DNA of 45,157 bases from Bacteriovorax sp. (GTDB lineage Bacteria > Bdellovibrionota > Bacteriovoracia > Bacteriovoracales > Bacteriovoracaceae), in NCBI GenBank assembly GCA_030654205.1, contig JAURXW010000297.1:1-45157 (forward strand). The letters run 5' to 3'. The position numbers were made by a program, and so were the translations under genes. How positions within the stretch are numbered: position 1 is the stretch's first letter; the number at the start of each line of letters is the position of its first letter. This document shows positions 1 through 10,287 of the stretch, one piece after another. Under the pieces are notes generated by a model. It ran no database searches, was not told the origin of the DNA, and was given only the letters and a program-made list of their open reading frames with translations.

Positions 1-857
1 CAAGGCAGGCCTTTGTTGTTCAAATGGTAAAAAATAAAAAAGATCTTCCTAATGCAATTGCGCTTAATTCTTCAGTGGTAAATCTAACAAGACTTATTGG
101 TCCTGCGATTGCGGGAGTTATGATTGCTACAATCGGAGAAGGCGCTTGTTTTTTAGTAAATGGGTTAAGTTATATTGGAGTTTTGATTGCACTTCTTAAT
201 ATTAAAGTTGATGCCCAAGCTAAAGTTCATTTTGATCAACGCAAAATTATTGAAAGCTTAAAAGTTGGGTACCATGCAACTTTTAAAAATAAAAGTATTG
301 CAACAATCCTCTTCTTTTTATCTTTCATGAGTCTTTTTGGAATGCCTTATATAACGTTATTTCCTGCTCTTGCGGCAAAAGTACCAAACGGTGGTGCACA
401 TGCTTTAGGTTGGATTACAAGTAGTGTGGGAGTAGGTTCACTTGTCAGCGCACTTTATTTGGTCAAACGCCAAGGACCTCCAGCTCTCGCAAAAATTGTG
501 GGATATGCGGCAGTCGCCTTTGCTTTATTTTTAATTGTTTTATCTAGGCTTGATAATATTCATTTTATTTTATTTTGCGTTTTTTCCACTGGCATGTCGA
601 TGATGTTACAATTATCTTCTACAAATTCCATGGTGCAATCAATAGCTGATGACGATAAACGTGGACGAATTATGAGTTTTTTCAATGTCGCCCTTTTAGG
701 TGCTCTCCCTTTTGGAAGTTTATTAATGGGATTTCTTGCAGAACATCTTGGCATTCATAATGCTTTATTAATAAATGGTAGTATTTGCATAGTCGGAGCT
801 ATTGTTTATTTAAAAAAAGCACCGGCCATAGATAAATATATTTTAGAAAACGCTTAA
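1..857 (+). CDS. MFS transporter (DUF894/MFS_3-like), 5'-truncated by the window edge
   Basis: Frame is open from the window start (RQAFVVQMV...). Contains NAIALNS...RLIGPAIAG and DDKRGRIMS motifs and many TM helices. Confidence 0.85.
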   Translation, partial: RQAFVVQMVKNKKDLPNAIALNSSVVNLTRLIGPAIAGVMIATIGEGACFLVNGLSYIGVLIALLNIKVDAQAKVHFDQRKIIESLKVGYHATFKNKSIATILFFLSFMSLFGMPYITLFPALAAKVPNGGAHALGWITSSVGVGSLVSALYLVKRQGPPALAKIVGYAAVAFALFLIVLSRLDNIHFILFCVFSTGMSMMLQLSSTNSMVQSIADDDKRGRIMSFFNVALLGALPFGSLLMGFLAEHLGIHNALLINGSICIVGAIVYLKKAPAIDKYILENA

Positions 858-862
858 AGCCT

Positions 863-1315
863 TTAAGACAGTAGTTTATTAAGCGAATTAGCAAATTGCT
901 GAACATCTTTAGGTCCAAAAACAGCAGGGCCCCCAGTTATCGATCCCCCATCTCTTAATTCTTTCATGAAATCTCTCATTGACAAAATTTCACCAATATT
1001 TTCTTCGGTATAAATCTCTCCTCTGGGATTTATAGCAATGGCCAATTTTTCAACAATTTTAGCGGCCAAGGGAATGTCGGCCGTTATGACTAAATCGTGA
1101 ATTTCAACATTGTCAATTATATATTGATCGGCCACATCGGTACCCTTGTCGACTATAATAAGCCTTATCAAATCGCTGTGTGGAATTGTCTGATAACTAT
1201 TGGCCACTAAAATTAATGTGATATTTAGGCGAAAAGAAGCCTTAAAAACAATTTCTTTAACACCTTTAGGGCAGGCATCAGCATCGATCCAAATCTTATT
1301 AGGTTTGTGTTTCAT
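863..1315 (-). CDS. yaiI: YaiI/YqxD (UPF0178) family protein
   Basis: IWIDADACP, VITADIPLA and AINPRGEIYTEENI motifs. Confidence 0.9.
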   Translation of the reverse strand: MKHKPNKIWIDADACPKGVKEIVFKASFRLNITLILVANSYQTIPHSDLIRLIIVDKGTDVADQYIIDNVEIHDLVITADIPLAAKIVEKLAIAINPRGEIYTEENIGEILSMRDFMKELRDGGSITGGPAVFGPKDVQQFANSLNKLLS

Positions 1316-1365
1316 TTTCCCTCAATTATATGTAAAAAACTACTTTCAACAATTATTTTAAATCA

Positions 1366-3324
1366 TTATTCATGTCTTAGAGCATCTATTGGATTTAAAA
1401 GCGAGGCTTTTCTCGCAGGATAGATTCCAAAAATAATTCCAATCGAAGCTGAGAAGAAAAAAGACAATATAATTGATGATGGTGAAATTGAAGTCGTCCA
1501 TCCAGAAAAAATATTAATTCCTACTGTAATGAGCCAGCCTAAAATAATTCCAATAAGACCACCAACTGCACTAACCACAACAGATTCGGCTAAAAACTGC
1601 GCCAGAATATCCCATCTTCTTGCTCCGATTGCTTTTCTCAAACCAATTTCACGAGTTCTCTCTGTAACAGAAACTAGCATGATATTCATAATTCCAATTC
1701 CTCCAACAACAAGAGAGATAGCCGCAATTGAAGATAAAAGAACAGACATAGTTTGAGAGCTTTGCTGAACTGCTGCTTGAATATCGGCCATATTTCTTAT
1801 TTCAAAAGTATTTTGTTTTAAAGCAGGTGCGACTCGATGATGAATATTCATCAATTCAATAATTTTATCTTCCGCAACTTCCATCTTATTGGGATCAGTT
1901 ATTTCAAGATCAATTGAATCAACATAATCTTTTCCTAATAATCTATGCATTGCTGTTAAAACAGGAAGAACGATAACATCATCTTGATCGCGAAAACCAT
2001 TGGCACCTTTTTCAGGTAAAACTCCAATAACTTGAAAATTAACTCGGTTAATTTTAACCATTTCACCTATTGGGCTTTTTGTTCCAAATATTTCTCTAAC
2101 CACAGTCATTCCAATGATGGCCACTCTTGCTCTTTTTTGATTATCGGCTTCTGAAAAAAAGCGTCCGATTGTAGGTGTTGCTGTATGAATAAGGGCGTAG
2201 GAAGGACTTCCTCCAACAATTTGCGTACTCCAGTTTTTATTTTGGAATGCGACTTGGCCTCGCCCATTAACATTTGGAGAAACATATTTTATATAATCAA
2301 GTTGATCTTTTAGATACTGAGCATCTTCCAGACTCAATCGAGTGGTTGCCCCTGATTCCTGTGAGACACCACCAACTCGCACAGCTCCAGGTCTAAGAAT
2401 TAAAAGATTTGATCCAAGCGAAGACAATTGAGTTTCTATTGCTTGTTGAGCACCCCGACCTATGGCAAGCATGGCAATAACGGCAGCAACCCCAATTAAA
2501 ATTCCCAACATTGAAAGTCCCGTCCGCACTTTATTGGCCGCAAGAGTTTTAAAACCTAATTTTAAATATTCAAAGGCTTCAAAAAATATATTCATTTTTT
2601 TTACTGGATGCAGTTCTATTTCAGAAGATTTAATTTTATTTATTTGGATCAAAGGAGATAAGCGTGTATCTGATTGAATACTGCCATCGCGCATTCTTAT
2701 TAGACGTTTTGCCTCTTGCCCTACTTCTTCTTCATGGGTCACAATAATAACCGTAATACCTTGTTCATTTAATTCTTTTAATATCGTCAGAATTTCTTTT
2801 TCACTCGTAGAATCCAAATTTCCCGTTGGTTCATCTGCAAAAACCATCATTGGCCTATTGATCAACGAGCGAGCGATGGCCACTCTTTGTTGTTGACCTC
2901 CAGAGAGTTCATTAGGCTTATGTAAACTTCTAGTCCCTAAACCTGTTCGCCCTAAAAGGTCTACAGCATAAGCCTCGCCTTTAGGAATTCGAGAATACAG
3001 CAAAGGTAAAGTAACATTTTCTAAAGCCGACATTCTGGGAAGTAAATTAAATTGTTGAAAAATAAATCCTATAGTTTCTCGTCTTAAGACAGCGAGCTCA
3101 TCTTCTGAAAAGTGAGAAACTTCACGGTCATTTATTTTATATGAACCATCACTTGGTACATCCAATAAACCCAATATATGCATGAGTGTTGATTTACCAG
3201 ATCCGGATGGACCCATTATTGCTACATAATCTCCATCTTCAATCGTGAGATTTATATCACGAAGAGCAAAGATGATATTATCACCCATCCGATAGCTCTT
3301 ATTGATATGAGATAAATTCAACAT
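1366..3324 (-). CDS. macB: MacB-type ABC transporter, fused ATPase and permease
   Basis: GPSGSGKST Walker [14 protein letters not shown] signature, [10 protein letters not shown], and the [28 protein letters not shown] FtsX-like motif. Confidence 0.93.
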   Translation of the reverse strand: MLNLSHINKSYRMGDNIIFALRDINLTIEDGDYVAIMGPSGSGKSTLMHILGLLDVPSDGSYKINDREVSHFSEDELAVLRRETIGFIFQQFNLLPRMSALENVTLPLLYSRIPKGEAYAVDLLGRTGLGTRSLHKPNELSGGQQQRVAIARSLINRPMMVFADEPTGNLDSTSEKEILTILKELNEQGITVIIVTHEEEVGQEAKRLIRMRDGSIQSDTRLSPLIQINKIKSSEIELHPVKKMNIFFEAFEYLKLGFKTLAANKVRTGLSMLGILIGVAAVIAMLAIGRGAQQAIETQLSSLGSNLLILRPGAVRVGGVSQESGATTRLSLEDAQYLKDQLDYIKYVSPNVNGRGQVAFQNKNWSTQIVGGSPSYALIHTATPTIGRFFSEADNQKRARVAIIGMTVVREIFGTKSPIGEMVKINRVNFQVIGVLPEKGANGFRDQDDVIVLPVLTAMHRLLGKDYVDSIDLEITDPNKMEVAEDKIIELMNIHHRVAPALKQNTFEIRNMADIQAAVQQSSQTMSVLLSSIAAISLVVGGIGIMNIMLVSVTERTREIGLRKAIGARRWDILAQFLAESVVVSAVGGLIGIILGWLITVGINIFSGWTTSISPSSIILSFFFSASIGIIFGIYPARKASLLNPIDALRHE

Positions 3325-4302
3325 TTATTTTCCACCGCGATTTTTTGGGGACCCCATTGGACTAAATGGACTTGATGATCCTGATTTTTTATCGCTAATC
3401 TTAAATTGTTGAATTAAAATAATATCCCCTTCGTTTACCCCAGATAAAATTTCAGTTTTCTTCCCATCAGTTAAACCTAATTGAACTTCTCGCTCAATTG
3501 GTTTTTCTTTATCCTTAGGATTTTGTGGATTTGGAATCAGAACTAGGCTTTTTCCATCATTGTTCTTAATTGCTTCTGTCGGAATTACAATAATATCCTT
3601 TTTATTTTGGACATCAAAAGTTACGTTTGCCGTCATACCACTTCTCATATAAGCAGGTGCGATCTCTGGCAGAACATCAACGATATATGTCGTAACATTA
3701 TTTACAGTTTTTGCATCGTAGGCAATTTGATCTACTAGTGCATTTACCGTTTCTTCTGGGTATGCATCGAGAATAATTTTGGCACTTTGTTTTAATTTAA
3801 TTTGAGCGATATCAGTTTCATCTACCTGTGCCTTAACTGTTAATCGATCAGACATAACAAGTAATGCATCTTGGGTGGTGAATGTTTGCCCTGACTCAAC
3901 ATTTTTTTGAATAATAGTTCCATTAATAGCAGCTAATATCGGAGTTGCTTTATACATCGCTTCCCACTCTTTAACTTCTGCAGGTCCTCCAGAACTTGCA
4001 GCATCCAACATGGCAGCTCTCTCTGTTGAACTCATCCAAGCTAAAATTTGACCTTTTTTTACCCGAGCTCCTTCCATCACTAAGACTTTTTCAATTCGAC
4101 CTGCAATTGGTGGTTTTATCTCTACTTTATTTTCAGGCTGCACAACCCCTGTACTTAAAATTTGGATTTTTATATTGCCTTTTTTTACAGTGTATTCGCT
4201 GTAATTTAGAACTGATTCAGTTTTATTTTTCAATAACTTAAAAGTTATAAACCCGGTTAGTAATAATAACAAAAGAGCAATTGCAATTTTTTTTGTGTTC
4301 AC
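3325..4302 (-). CDS. macA: MacA-like periplasmic adaptor (membrane fusion protein)
   Basis: N-terminal TM anchor, lipoyl-like motifs (GRIEKVLVMEGARVKKGQILA), VDETDIAQIK and MRSGMTANV. GTG start at 4302 overlaps the tolC stop (GTGA) and has a GGAG RBS; preferred over the ORF-track start at 4335. Confidence 0.88.
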   Translation of the reverse strand: MNTKKIAIALLLLLLTGFITFKLLKNKTESVLNYSEYTVKKGNIKIQILSTGVVQPENKVEIKPPIAGRIEKVLVMEGARVKKGQILAWMSSTERAAMLDAASSGGPAEVKEWEAMYKATPILAAINGTIIQKNVESGQTFTTQDALLVMSDRLTVKAQVDETDIAQIKLKQSAKIILDAYPEETVNALVDQIAYDAKTVNNVTTYIVDVLPEIAPAYMRSGMTANVTFDVQNKKDIIVIPTEAIKNNDGKSLVLIPNPQNPKDKEKPIEREVQLGLTDGKKTEILSGVNEGDIILIQQFKISDKKSGSSSPFSPMGSPKNRGGK

Positions 4303-5552
4303 GGAATAACTCCCTTTCCTTCTGCTTGCTCCCAAGAAGCTTCAGCAATAACTCTATCTTTATAACTTTGTAATAAGGTCTTTTGACGAATAATTAAATC
4401 ATTTTCAATCGTATCCCAATCAATAAAAGTAATGAGTCCATTATTGTATTGAGCTTTGGCAATTCTTTCTCTTGAACTCGAAGCAACTTCAAAAGCCTTA
4501 TCCACTTCTAATTTCATGACAGCTTCAATATATGTAGTATAGGCTTGCTTTAATTTTGTAATACCAGCTTCTTCGGTATTTTTTCGAGTCATAGCACTTG
4601 CTCGGTAATCTTCAGTTATACTTTTATAACTATAATAATCTTTTCCCCCACTAAATAATGGAAACGTTACCGCTGCTCCAACGGCCCAAGTATTATTGGG
4701 AGAATTTGACTCACGACCCGATCGTCCTACACTTTGAGTTAATCCCAAGGTTGGATAAAAACTTGAATTGGACAAATCAATAGCACCAAGAGCAATTTGC
4801 TCATTAAAAAATGCTTTTTTGTAATCTGGAATATTTTTTACTAAATTTTTAAAATCTAATTGTTGAATAGATTCAAAAGGGGGAATTTGAGTAGGCACAT
4901 TTCCTTCAACTTCAATGGAATCAAAATCATCTCTTCCAAGAACTCTGCCGAGCTGAGATTTATAAATATCGAGCGAATTGCGCGCTTGAAGATTATCAAA
5001 CTTAGATTGGGCCAAGTATGCTTTCGACAAATTAAGCGAGCCGATATTTTCTCGACCACTTTCAAATCTAAGCTGAACTAATTTTAAATTTGCTTCCCGT
5101 CTTTTAATAATATCTTCTGTGAGTTTAATATATTTTTGCGAATAGTCTAATCCCATATAGGCCGATTTTAAATCAAAACTAATTTTAGCCTTGGTAACTT
5201 GTAAATTTACATCAGAAGAAGATGATGCATACTTCGCTTGATTAACTTTAATGGTGTCAGCAAAACCCGAAAATAAATTTTCACTTGCATTTATTGAAGC
5301 GGAGTAATACTTAGGCGCATCTGTCGAATCGTAACTGTATCCCGCAGTTGCCGAAACTTGTGGAAAAAAACCACTACGAGATACTTTGACCTGATATTGT
5401 GATGATTGCAAAAGGCTCTTAGCTGCACTCAATTCTGAATTTACATCTGAAGCCTCTCTAATGCTTTTTTGCCATGTAAGAACTTCAGCACTGCAGGTGC
5501 CAAAAGTACTAAATAAAACGAGGGAGCAAAGTCCCATTAAAATTAATTTCAT
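4299..5552 (-). CDS. TolC family outer membrane efflux protein
   Basis: Signal peptide and two OEP repeats (FFPQVSA...LFSGF; FYPTLGL...PLFSGG; RFESG/QYNNG). Sits directly upstream of macAB. ATG at 5552 preferred. Confidence 0.88.
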   Translation of the reverse strand: MKLILMGLCSLVLFSTFGTCSAEVLTWQKSIREASDVNSELSAAKSLLQSSQYQVKVSRSGFFPQVSATAGYSYDSTDAPKYYSASINASENLFSGFADTIKVNQAKYASSSSDVNLQVTKAKISFDLKSAYMGLDYSQKYIKLTEDIIKRREANLKLVQLRFESGRENIGSLNLSKAYLAQSKFDNLQARNSLDIYKSQLGRVLGRDDFDSIEVEGNVPTQIPPFESIQQLDFKNLVKNIPDYKKAFFNEQIALGAIDLSNSSFYPTLGLTQSVGRSGRESNSPNNTWAVGAAVTFPLFSGGKDYYSYKSITEDYRASAMTRKNTEEAGITKLKQAYTTYIEAVMKLEVDKAFEVASSSRERIAKAQYNNGLITFIDWDTIENDLIIRQKTLLQSYKDRVIAEASWEQAEGKGVIP

Positions 5553-5554
5553 TC

Positions 5555-5719
5555 TTAGTAATCCCAATCATGATGAAACTGATTGAACGATTTTGTTTGT
5601 GATCGCTCTCTATTTTTTTCAAATTCGCTTGTGTCTGATTTTTTCGTATTTTGCGAATTCGATGCACATCCTGTAATTAATGCCACTACAATTATGAATG
5701 TCCCTGTTCGTGTTATCAT
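5555..5719 (-). CDS. Small lipoprotein, 54 aa (not in ORF track)
   Basis: Hand translation: MITRTGTFIIVVALITGCASNSQNTKKSDTSEFEKNRERSQTKSFNQFHHDWDY*. GAGG RBS, lipobox ITGC, and stop 2 nt before the tolC ATG. Confidence 0.75.
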   Translation of the reverse strand: MITRTGTFIIVVALITGCASNSQNTKKSDTSEFEKNRERSQTKSFNQFHHDWDY

Positions 5720-5742
5720 ATTTTGCCTCACTTACTTTTTTG

Positions 5743-6189
5743 TTAATTTTCATTTTCCATAGCTGATAAAAATAATTTTTCTAATACCGCTAAGCCTCGT
5801 GCTAAATCATCTTTCTCAGACTTTCCTAGAGAATTTATTTGTTCATTTAAATTATTTTGTGCCATTTTTCTAATTTTTTTAAAAAAGATATCACCAGTAT
5901 CTGTTAAATTTAAATGAAAATGCCTTCTATCATTTGAATTAGCTTCCCTTTCTACAAATCCTCTTGTTACAAGCCCGTCAATCATTTTTGACATAGCGGC
6001 CTGACTTGTCCCTTGAACTTTTGCAATATCGCAAGCGATATTATTACCTCGAAAAATACTGGCAAGAATTCTAAATTGGGGAACAGTTAACTCTTCATTG
6101 GCATTTGATCGCATTTCAGATCGAATCCAATTCATTGAAGGTGGGATAATCTCCATTAATTTTTTAGCGAGGTCACAAGAGGTGGACAT
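5743..6189 (-). CDS. MarR family transcriptional regulator
   Basis: LTVPQFRIL, SQAAMSKMIDGLVTRGFVER and DRR...LTDTG winged-helix motifs. Confidence 0.92.
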   Translation of the reverse strand: MSTSCDLAKKLMEIIPPSMNWIRSEMRSNANEELTVPQFRILASIFRGNNIACDIAKVQGTSQAAMSKMIDGLVTRGFVEREANSNDRRHFHLNLTDTGDIFFKKIRKMAQNNLNEQINSLGKSEKDDLARGLAVLEKLFLSAMENEN

Positions 6190-6248
6190 ACTTAACCTTG
6201 TATATAGTTAACTAGGTTAAGCATATTCCTAGTTAAAGTCGTGGTCAA
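6188..6248 (-). promoter_or_regulatory. sigma70-type promoter of the marR-efflux operon with overlapping palindromic operator
   Basis: Minus strand TTGACC (6248-6243)-N17-TATGCT (6225-6220). Inverted repeat ATACTTAACC...GGTTAAGCAT plus an internal perfect palindrome TAGTTAACTA lie between the -10 and the ATG. Confidence 0.65.
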
Positions 6249-6323
6249 GCAAGACAAACGATCTAAATATCAATATTTTGTATAATAAAAAATTTGTAAT
6301 GATAGACAAAAAAAGACCATTAA

Positions 6324-8210
6324 CTAAGCAAAGAGTTCTTTGGCCAAATCAAATAGCTTATGTTTTGCCAGGTAATTTTTAACATAATTTTTATTTTCAG
6401 GCTTATACCAGAAGAAAAAAGTTCGTTGGCGAGTTTTATCATCCAAACTTATAGCTGTCTTAACTTCTTTCAATGTATATGGATGATACCCAGAGTAATA
6501 AATCTCTGTTGCAACTGTCATAGGAGTTGGCGTGAAGTCTTGAACTTGCTCAAGGCGATATCCCAATTTTTTGGTTTTAATGGCCAACATTGCCATATCT
6601 TCTGGAGTGCAGGCCGGATGTGAAGAAATAAAATAAGGAATAATTTCCTGGCGAATTCCTTTTTTGTGACTTATTTCTTCAAACTTCTTTTTAAAAGTTT
6701 CAAAATAATGGAATGCCGGTTTTCTCATTGCTTTTAAAACATGATCCTCAGTATGCTCAGGAGCTACTTTCAATCTTCCAGAAACATGATGAGTGATTAA
6801 CTGATCAACATATTCTTCATCTTTTTTTGGATCCAAAGATCTTTCATTAAACATTAAATCATATCTAAGGCCAGAACTTACAAAAGCTTTTTTCACTTTT
6901 GGATGGGCCGCAACTTCTTTATAAAGCTCTGTCATTTTTTCTGGATTAGCATCTAGGTTTTTACAAATTACAGGATGCACACATGAGGGAGCTGCACATT
7001 TATCGCAAACAGCTTGATCAATTCCTTTCATCTGGTACATGTTTGCCGAAGGTCCACCCATATCGCTTATATATCCTTTATAGTCCTTCATTTTTGCAAT
7101 TTCTTCTAATTCTTTCATGATGGAATCTTTTGATCGACTAGCAATCATTTTTCCCTGATGAGCAGAAATAGTGCAGAAAGAACAACCACCAAAACAACCA
7201 CGATGAGTGTTCAGTGAAAACTTAATCATTTCATAAGCAGAGATAGCTCCACGTTCTTTATATTTTGGATGTGGCAATCTGGTATAAGGCAAATCAAAAG
7301 ATGAATCAATTTCTTGTTCAGTCATTGTTTGAAATGGTGGGTTAATAACTAAAGTCTTATTGCCAACTTTTTGAATTAAACGGTTAGCAAATTGCTTATT
7401 GGATTCAACTTCCACATACATAAAATTGCGAGAGTATTTTTTTTTATCTACCAGGCACTCTTCATGAGAAGTTAATTCTTGATCACCCCACATAATATTA
7501 CTTATAGGAAGTTTTTCTTTTTGATCAACTAAAAATGCGGTTTGAGGAATTGTCTTCATTTCAGAAAATGGAACTCCTTCTAACATTAACCTCACCACTT
7601 CTTTTAGTGGCTGCTCCCCCATCCCATACACCAAAAGATCTGCGCCTGATGTTGACAGAATATTTGGCATCAGCTTGTCACTCCAAAAATCGTAATGAGT
7701 GACTCTTCTTAAAGAGGCCTCTATTCCGCCAATCATCACGGGAGTTTCAGGATAAATATCTTTTAGTATTTTTGAATAAACTGAGGTGGCATAATCTGGA
7801 CGGTGATCGGGAGATCCTCCCGGGGTATATGCATCTTCGGATCGCTTACGTTTTCCAGCAGTATACTTATTAACCATCGAGTCCATATTACCTGAAGTCA
7901 CACCAAAAAAATATTTTGGAGCACCAAGTTTTTTAAAATCGCGAAGATCATCTTGCCAATTAGGCTGAGCGATAATGGCCACTTTTAAGCCCATCGATTC
8001 TAACAGACGTCCCATGACTGCAGCCCCAAAGGCCGGATGATCAACGTAAGCATCACCTGTAACTAATATTACATCCAACTGTGTCCAACCACGTTTTTTA
8101 GCTTCTTTCGCCGTCGTTGGTAGCCACGATGTTATCGGTAGCTCCGCTGAGCAACCTGTAGTAGTGGTTTGATTTATCTCTTGAGTGGGAGCAGTTTTTT
8201 CTATTTTCAT
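6324..8210 (-). CDS. ygiQ: YgiQ family (UPF0313) radical SAM protein
   Basis: GDAYVDHPAFG, HRGCFGGCSFC (CxxxCxxC), DMGGPSANMY, LKVAPEH and QVQDFTPTPMT motifs. ATG at 8210 is more plausible than 8282. Confidence 0.92.
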   Translation of the reverse strand: MKIEKTAPTQEINQTTTTGCSAELPITSWLPTTAKEAKKRGWTQLDVILVTGDAYVDHPAFGAAVMGRLLESMGLKVAIIAQPNWQDDLRDFKKLGAPKYFFGVTSGNMDSMVNKYTAGKRKRSEDAYTPGGSPDHRPDYATSVYSKILKDIYPETPVMIGGIEASLRRVTHYDFWSDKLMPNILSTSGADLLVYGMGEQPLKEVVRLMLEGVPFSEMKTIPQTAFLVDQKEKLPISNIMWGDQELTSHEECLVDKKKYSRNFMYVEVESNKQFANRLIQKVGNKTLVINPPFQTMTEQEIDSSFDLPYTRLPHPKYKERGAISAYEMIKFSLNTHRGCFGGCSFCTISAHQGKMIASRSKDSIMKELEEIAKMKDYKGYISDMGGPSANMYQMKGIDQAVCDKCAAPSCVHPVICKNLDANPEKMTELYKEVAAHPKVKKAFVSSGLRYDLMFNERSLDPKKDEEYVDQLITHHVSGRLKVAPEHTEDHVLKAMRKPAFHYFETFKKKFEEISHKKGIRQEIIPYFISSHPACTPEDMAMLAIKTKKLGYRLEQVQDFTPTPMTVATEIYYSGYHPYTLKEVKTAISLDDKTRQRTFFFWYKPENKNYVKNYLAKHKLFDLAKELFA

Positions 8211-8305
8211 TGAAGGTTTATAGCTAAGACATGCCAAAAAGGATATCAAATGGATGTAAAAATGGTCATTTTTACATAGCAAAAACTTTCAAAATAAAAA
8301 GTTGT

Positions 8306-8581
8306 TTAGAGCTTTATTCCAAAATTGGCCAAAAAGCTGCTTAACCAAGATCTTTTTGGATGAATTCTTATCCACCCCATTTCCTTATCAATCAAAATTT
8401 TTTTAATAAGCTTCTTTTTTTCAAGCAAATTTAATATTTTTTGAAGTTCCACTTTATCAAATTCTGGAAAATCTTTGAGGAGATCATTATCAAAATCCAA
8501 AATAACTTGAGAAAAAGTCATAGGTTCAAAAAATGAAAGTGTCATTAAGACCAAATTTTCAATTTTTGTAGTAGATTTCAT
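8306..8581 (-). CDS. Hypothetical protein, possible winged-helix fold with amphipathic C-terminal tail
   Basis: 91 aa ORF, 6 nt downstream of the AI-2E gene. Pattern EPMTFSQV...LQKILNLLEKKKLIK and tail KRSWLSSFL. Confidence 0.6.
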   Translation of the reverse strand: MKSTTKIENLVLMTLSFFEPMTFSQVILDFDNDLLKDFPEFDKVELQKILNLLEKKKLIKKILIDKEMGWIRIHPKRSWLSSFLANFGIKL

Positions 8582-8587
8582 ACCGTT

Positions 8588-9634
8588 TTATTCGTGACTT
8601 CTTTCAGGGAAAAAATCATCCATGATAATCGGCAGAGCTCCAAAAGTAAGTGAAGAAAGTAAAGGCCCGATAAATAAACCAGGAAGCCCCATAACAAATA
8701 CTCCACCAATAATTGCTAAAAATGTAATGAAGCCATGAACTTCAACTTCTCCAAGACTATTAAGATATGGACGAACAACGTTATCTGCTATACCAGAAAT
8801 AATTGACACTACAATCATTGCGATTCCTGCCCCAGTTTTATGTTCCACAAACGCAAGTATGGCGATCGCAAAAGAAAATGGACCTGCACCAATCAAAGGT
8901 ATGAATGAAAGAAAAAAAGTGCAAATAAAAATTATAAATGCATCTCCTATTCCACAAAAAAATGCTCCACCTGCTACAATACTCGCTTGAACTATCCCGG
9001 TTAGTACATTAGAGAAAAAAACTTCCTTGCAACTTGATTTAAGTAAAATAATAAATCTATCTCCATTTTCTTTTGAAAAATAAAAATAGCGATCAAAGAT
9101 TTTCCGAACTTTGTCCTCGTTGGCTAGAAAAAAATAAAATGATAATATTGTGATAAAACCTAATAGAAATATATCCGGTATTTGGGTTAAAAAATTACTG
9201 AAGAAATTAAGTAAATAACTTCCTGCTGTCGTCATAAAACTATCAAACTTTTCTCGAACCACAAATGGATCGATACTATTTAATTCTGAAAAATTATCAA
9301 GTACCGCATATATACGATCTTCAATATTATGTTTTGTTACGATAAGGGATTGTTCTGTTAAAAAAGTACTGACGGCCTTTGTTCCACGTATAAAAACTAC
9401 AGAAATAGGGGCAGCACCAAGAATAAATAAAAGAAAAGTTAAGCCAATCAAAGATAGTTTTCGACTATGTCCTTTTTTTATAAAATATCGAACAAAAGGA
9501 CTAAAGGCCATGGCTAAAATTCCCCCCAAAAGGATTGGGAAGAAGAAAGGAGTTAGAATATATAGGAACGAACAAACAATAATTAATGCAATTAGGATTT
9601 TAAAAATATTTTTAAAAAAATATTCCTTATTCAT
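8588..9634 (-). CDS. AI-2E family transporter (PerM/YdiK-like)
   Basis: Multi-TM with FIPLIGAG, DNVVRPYL and GGVFVMGLPGLFIGP motifs. ATG at 9634 overlaps the upstream stop. Confidence 0.88.
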   Translation of the reverse strand: MNKEYFFKNIFKILIALIIVCSFLYILTPFFFPILLGGILAMAFSPFVRYFIKKGHSRKLSLIGLTFLLFILGAAPISVVFIRGTKAVSTFLTEQSLIVTKHNIEDRIYAVLDNFSELNSIDPFVVREKFDSFMTTAGSYLLNFFSNFLTQIPDIFLLGFITILSFYFFLANEDKVRKIFDRYFYFSKENGDRFIILLKSSCKEVFFSNVLTGIVQASIVAGGAFFCGIGDAFIIFICTFFLSFIPLIGAGPFSFAIAILAFVEHKTGAGIAMIVVSIISGIADNVVRPYLNSLGEVEVHGFITFLAIIGGVFVMGLPGLFIGPLLSSLTFGALPIIMDDFFPERSHE

Positions 9635-10106
9635 TTCGTTCATCACCATGATTGTTTCTCTCTTTTTTATGCTCTCTGGCAAATTCTCTTTCTTTAATAA
9701 AATCTAATATCAGTAATGAAATAACCGATTCAATCTGAGTGCCTATTGGATTTTGGCTCGGAGCTGGTTCACTAACTTTTTCTTTCTTAAAAATATCTAA
9801 CCAAACATTTTTATTGGTAGAATAAATCAAAACACCAATACATATTAATAAGAAACAAAGAATAACTCCAATAGCTGGAGTAAAGACAAAGATCCCTTCA
9901 TCTAATTTATTTAAGATTCTTTCAATAAGATGGCTCATTCCCATACAAAAAAGAGTCAATGCACCCAAAGTTATGACAACTAAAATCAAAATTCTTCTAA
10001 TTTGATTAAGAATTTCAATTGAGATTTCGTGAGATCGTTCGCCTATTTTTTGTCTTTGTCCCATGAAAAAATTTAAAAAAAGCTCTATCATTTTAAAAAA
10101 ATCCAT
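9627..10106 (-). CDS. Two-TM membrane protein (YqjE/holin-like position in the operon)
   Basis: Two hydrophobic helices, AAGGA RBS, located between an ElaB-like ORF and the AI-2E gene. Confidence 0.6.
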   Translation of the reverse strand: MDFFKMIELFLNFFMGQRQKIGERSHEISIEILNQIRRILILVVITLGALTLFCMGMSHLIERILNKLDEGIFVFTPAIGVILCFLLICIGVLIYSTNKNVWLDIFKKEKVSEPAPSQNPIGTQIESVISLLILDFIKEREFAREHKKERNNHGDERNE

Positions 10107-10116
10107 CCGTTTCCTT

Positions 10117-10287
10117 TTATTTTCTTGAAAATAATTTGCTTAAAAAATATCCCACGCTGACACCTATTGCTACTGACGTCAGAGGATAAGTTCGAATGAA
10201 TTCACTTGCTTTTTCTTTGGCTTCCTGAAGACGCTTTTCAATTTCTTTTAAGTCTTCAGCTTTTAAGCCCGTTAATCCTTCGCTCAT
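10117..10287 (-). CDS. ElaB/YqjD/DUF883-like tail-anchored small protein, 56 aa (not in ORF track)
   Basis: Hand translation: MSEGLTGLKAEDLKEIEKRLQEAKEKASEFIRTYPLTSVAIGVSVGYFLSKLFSRK*. ATGA overlap with the upstream gene; C-terminal P-x-x-S-x-x-I-G-x-x-V-G TM anchor followed by RK. Confidence 0.8.
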   Translation of the reverse strand: MSEGLTGLKAEDLKEIEKRLQEAKEKASEFIRTYPLTSVAIGVSVGYFLSKLFSRK

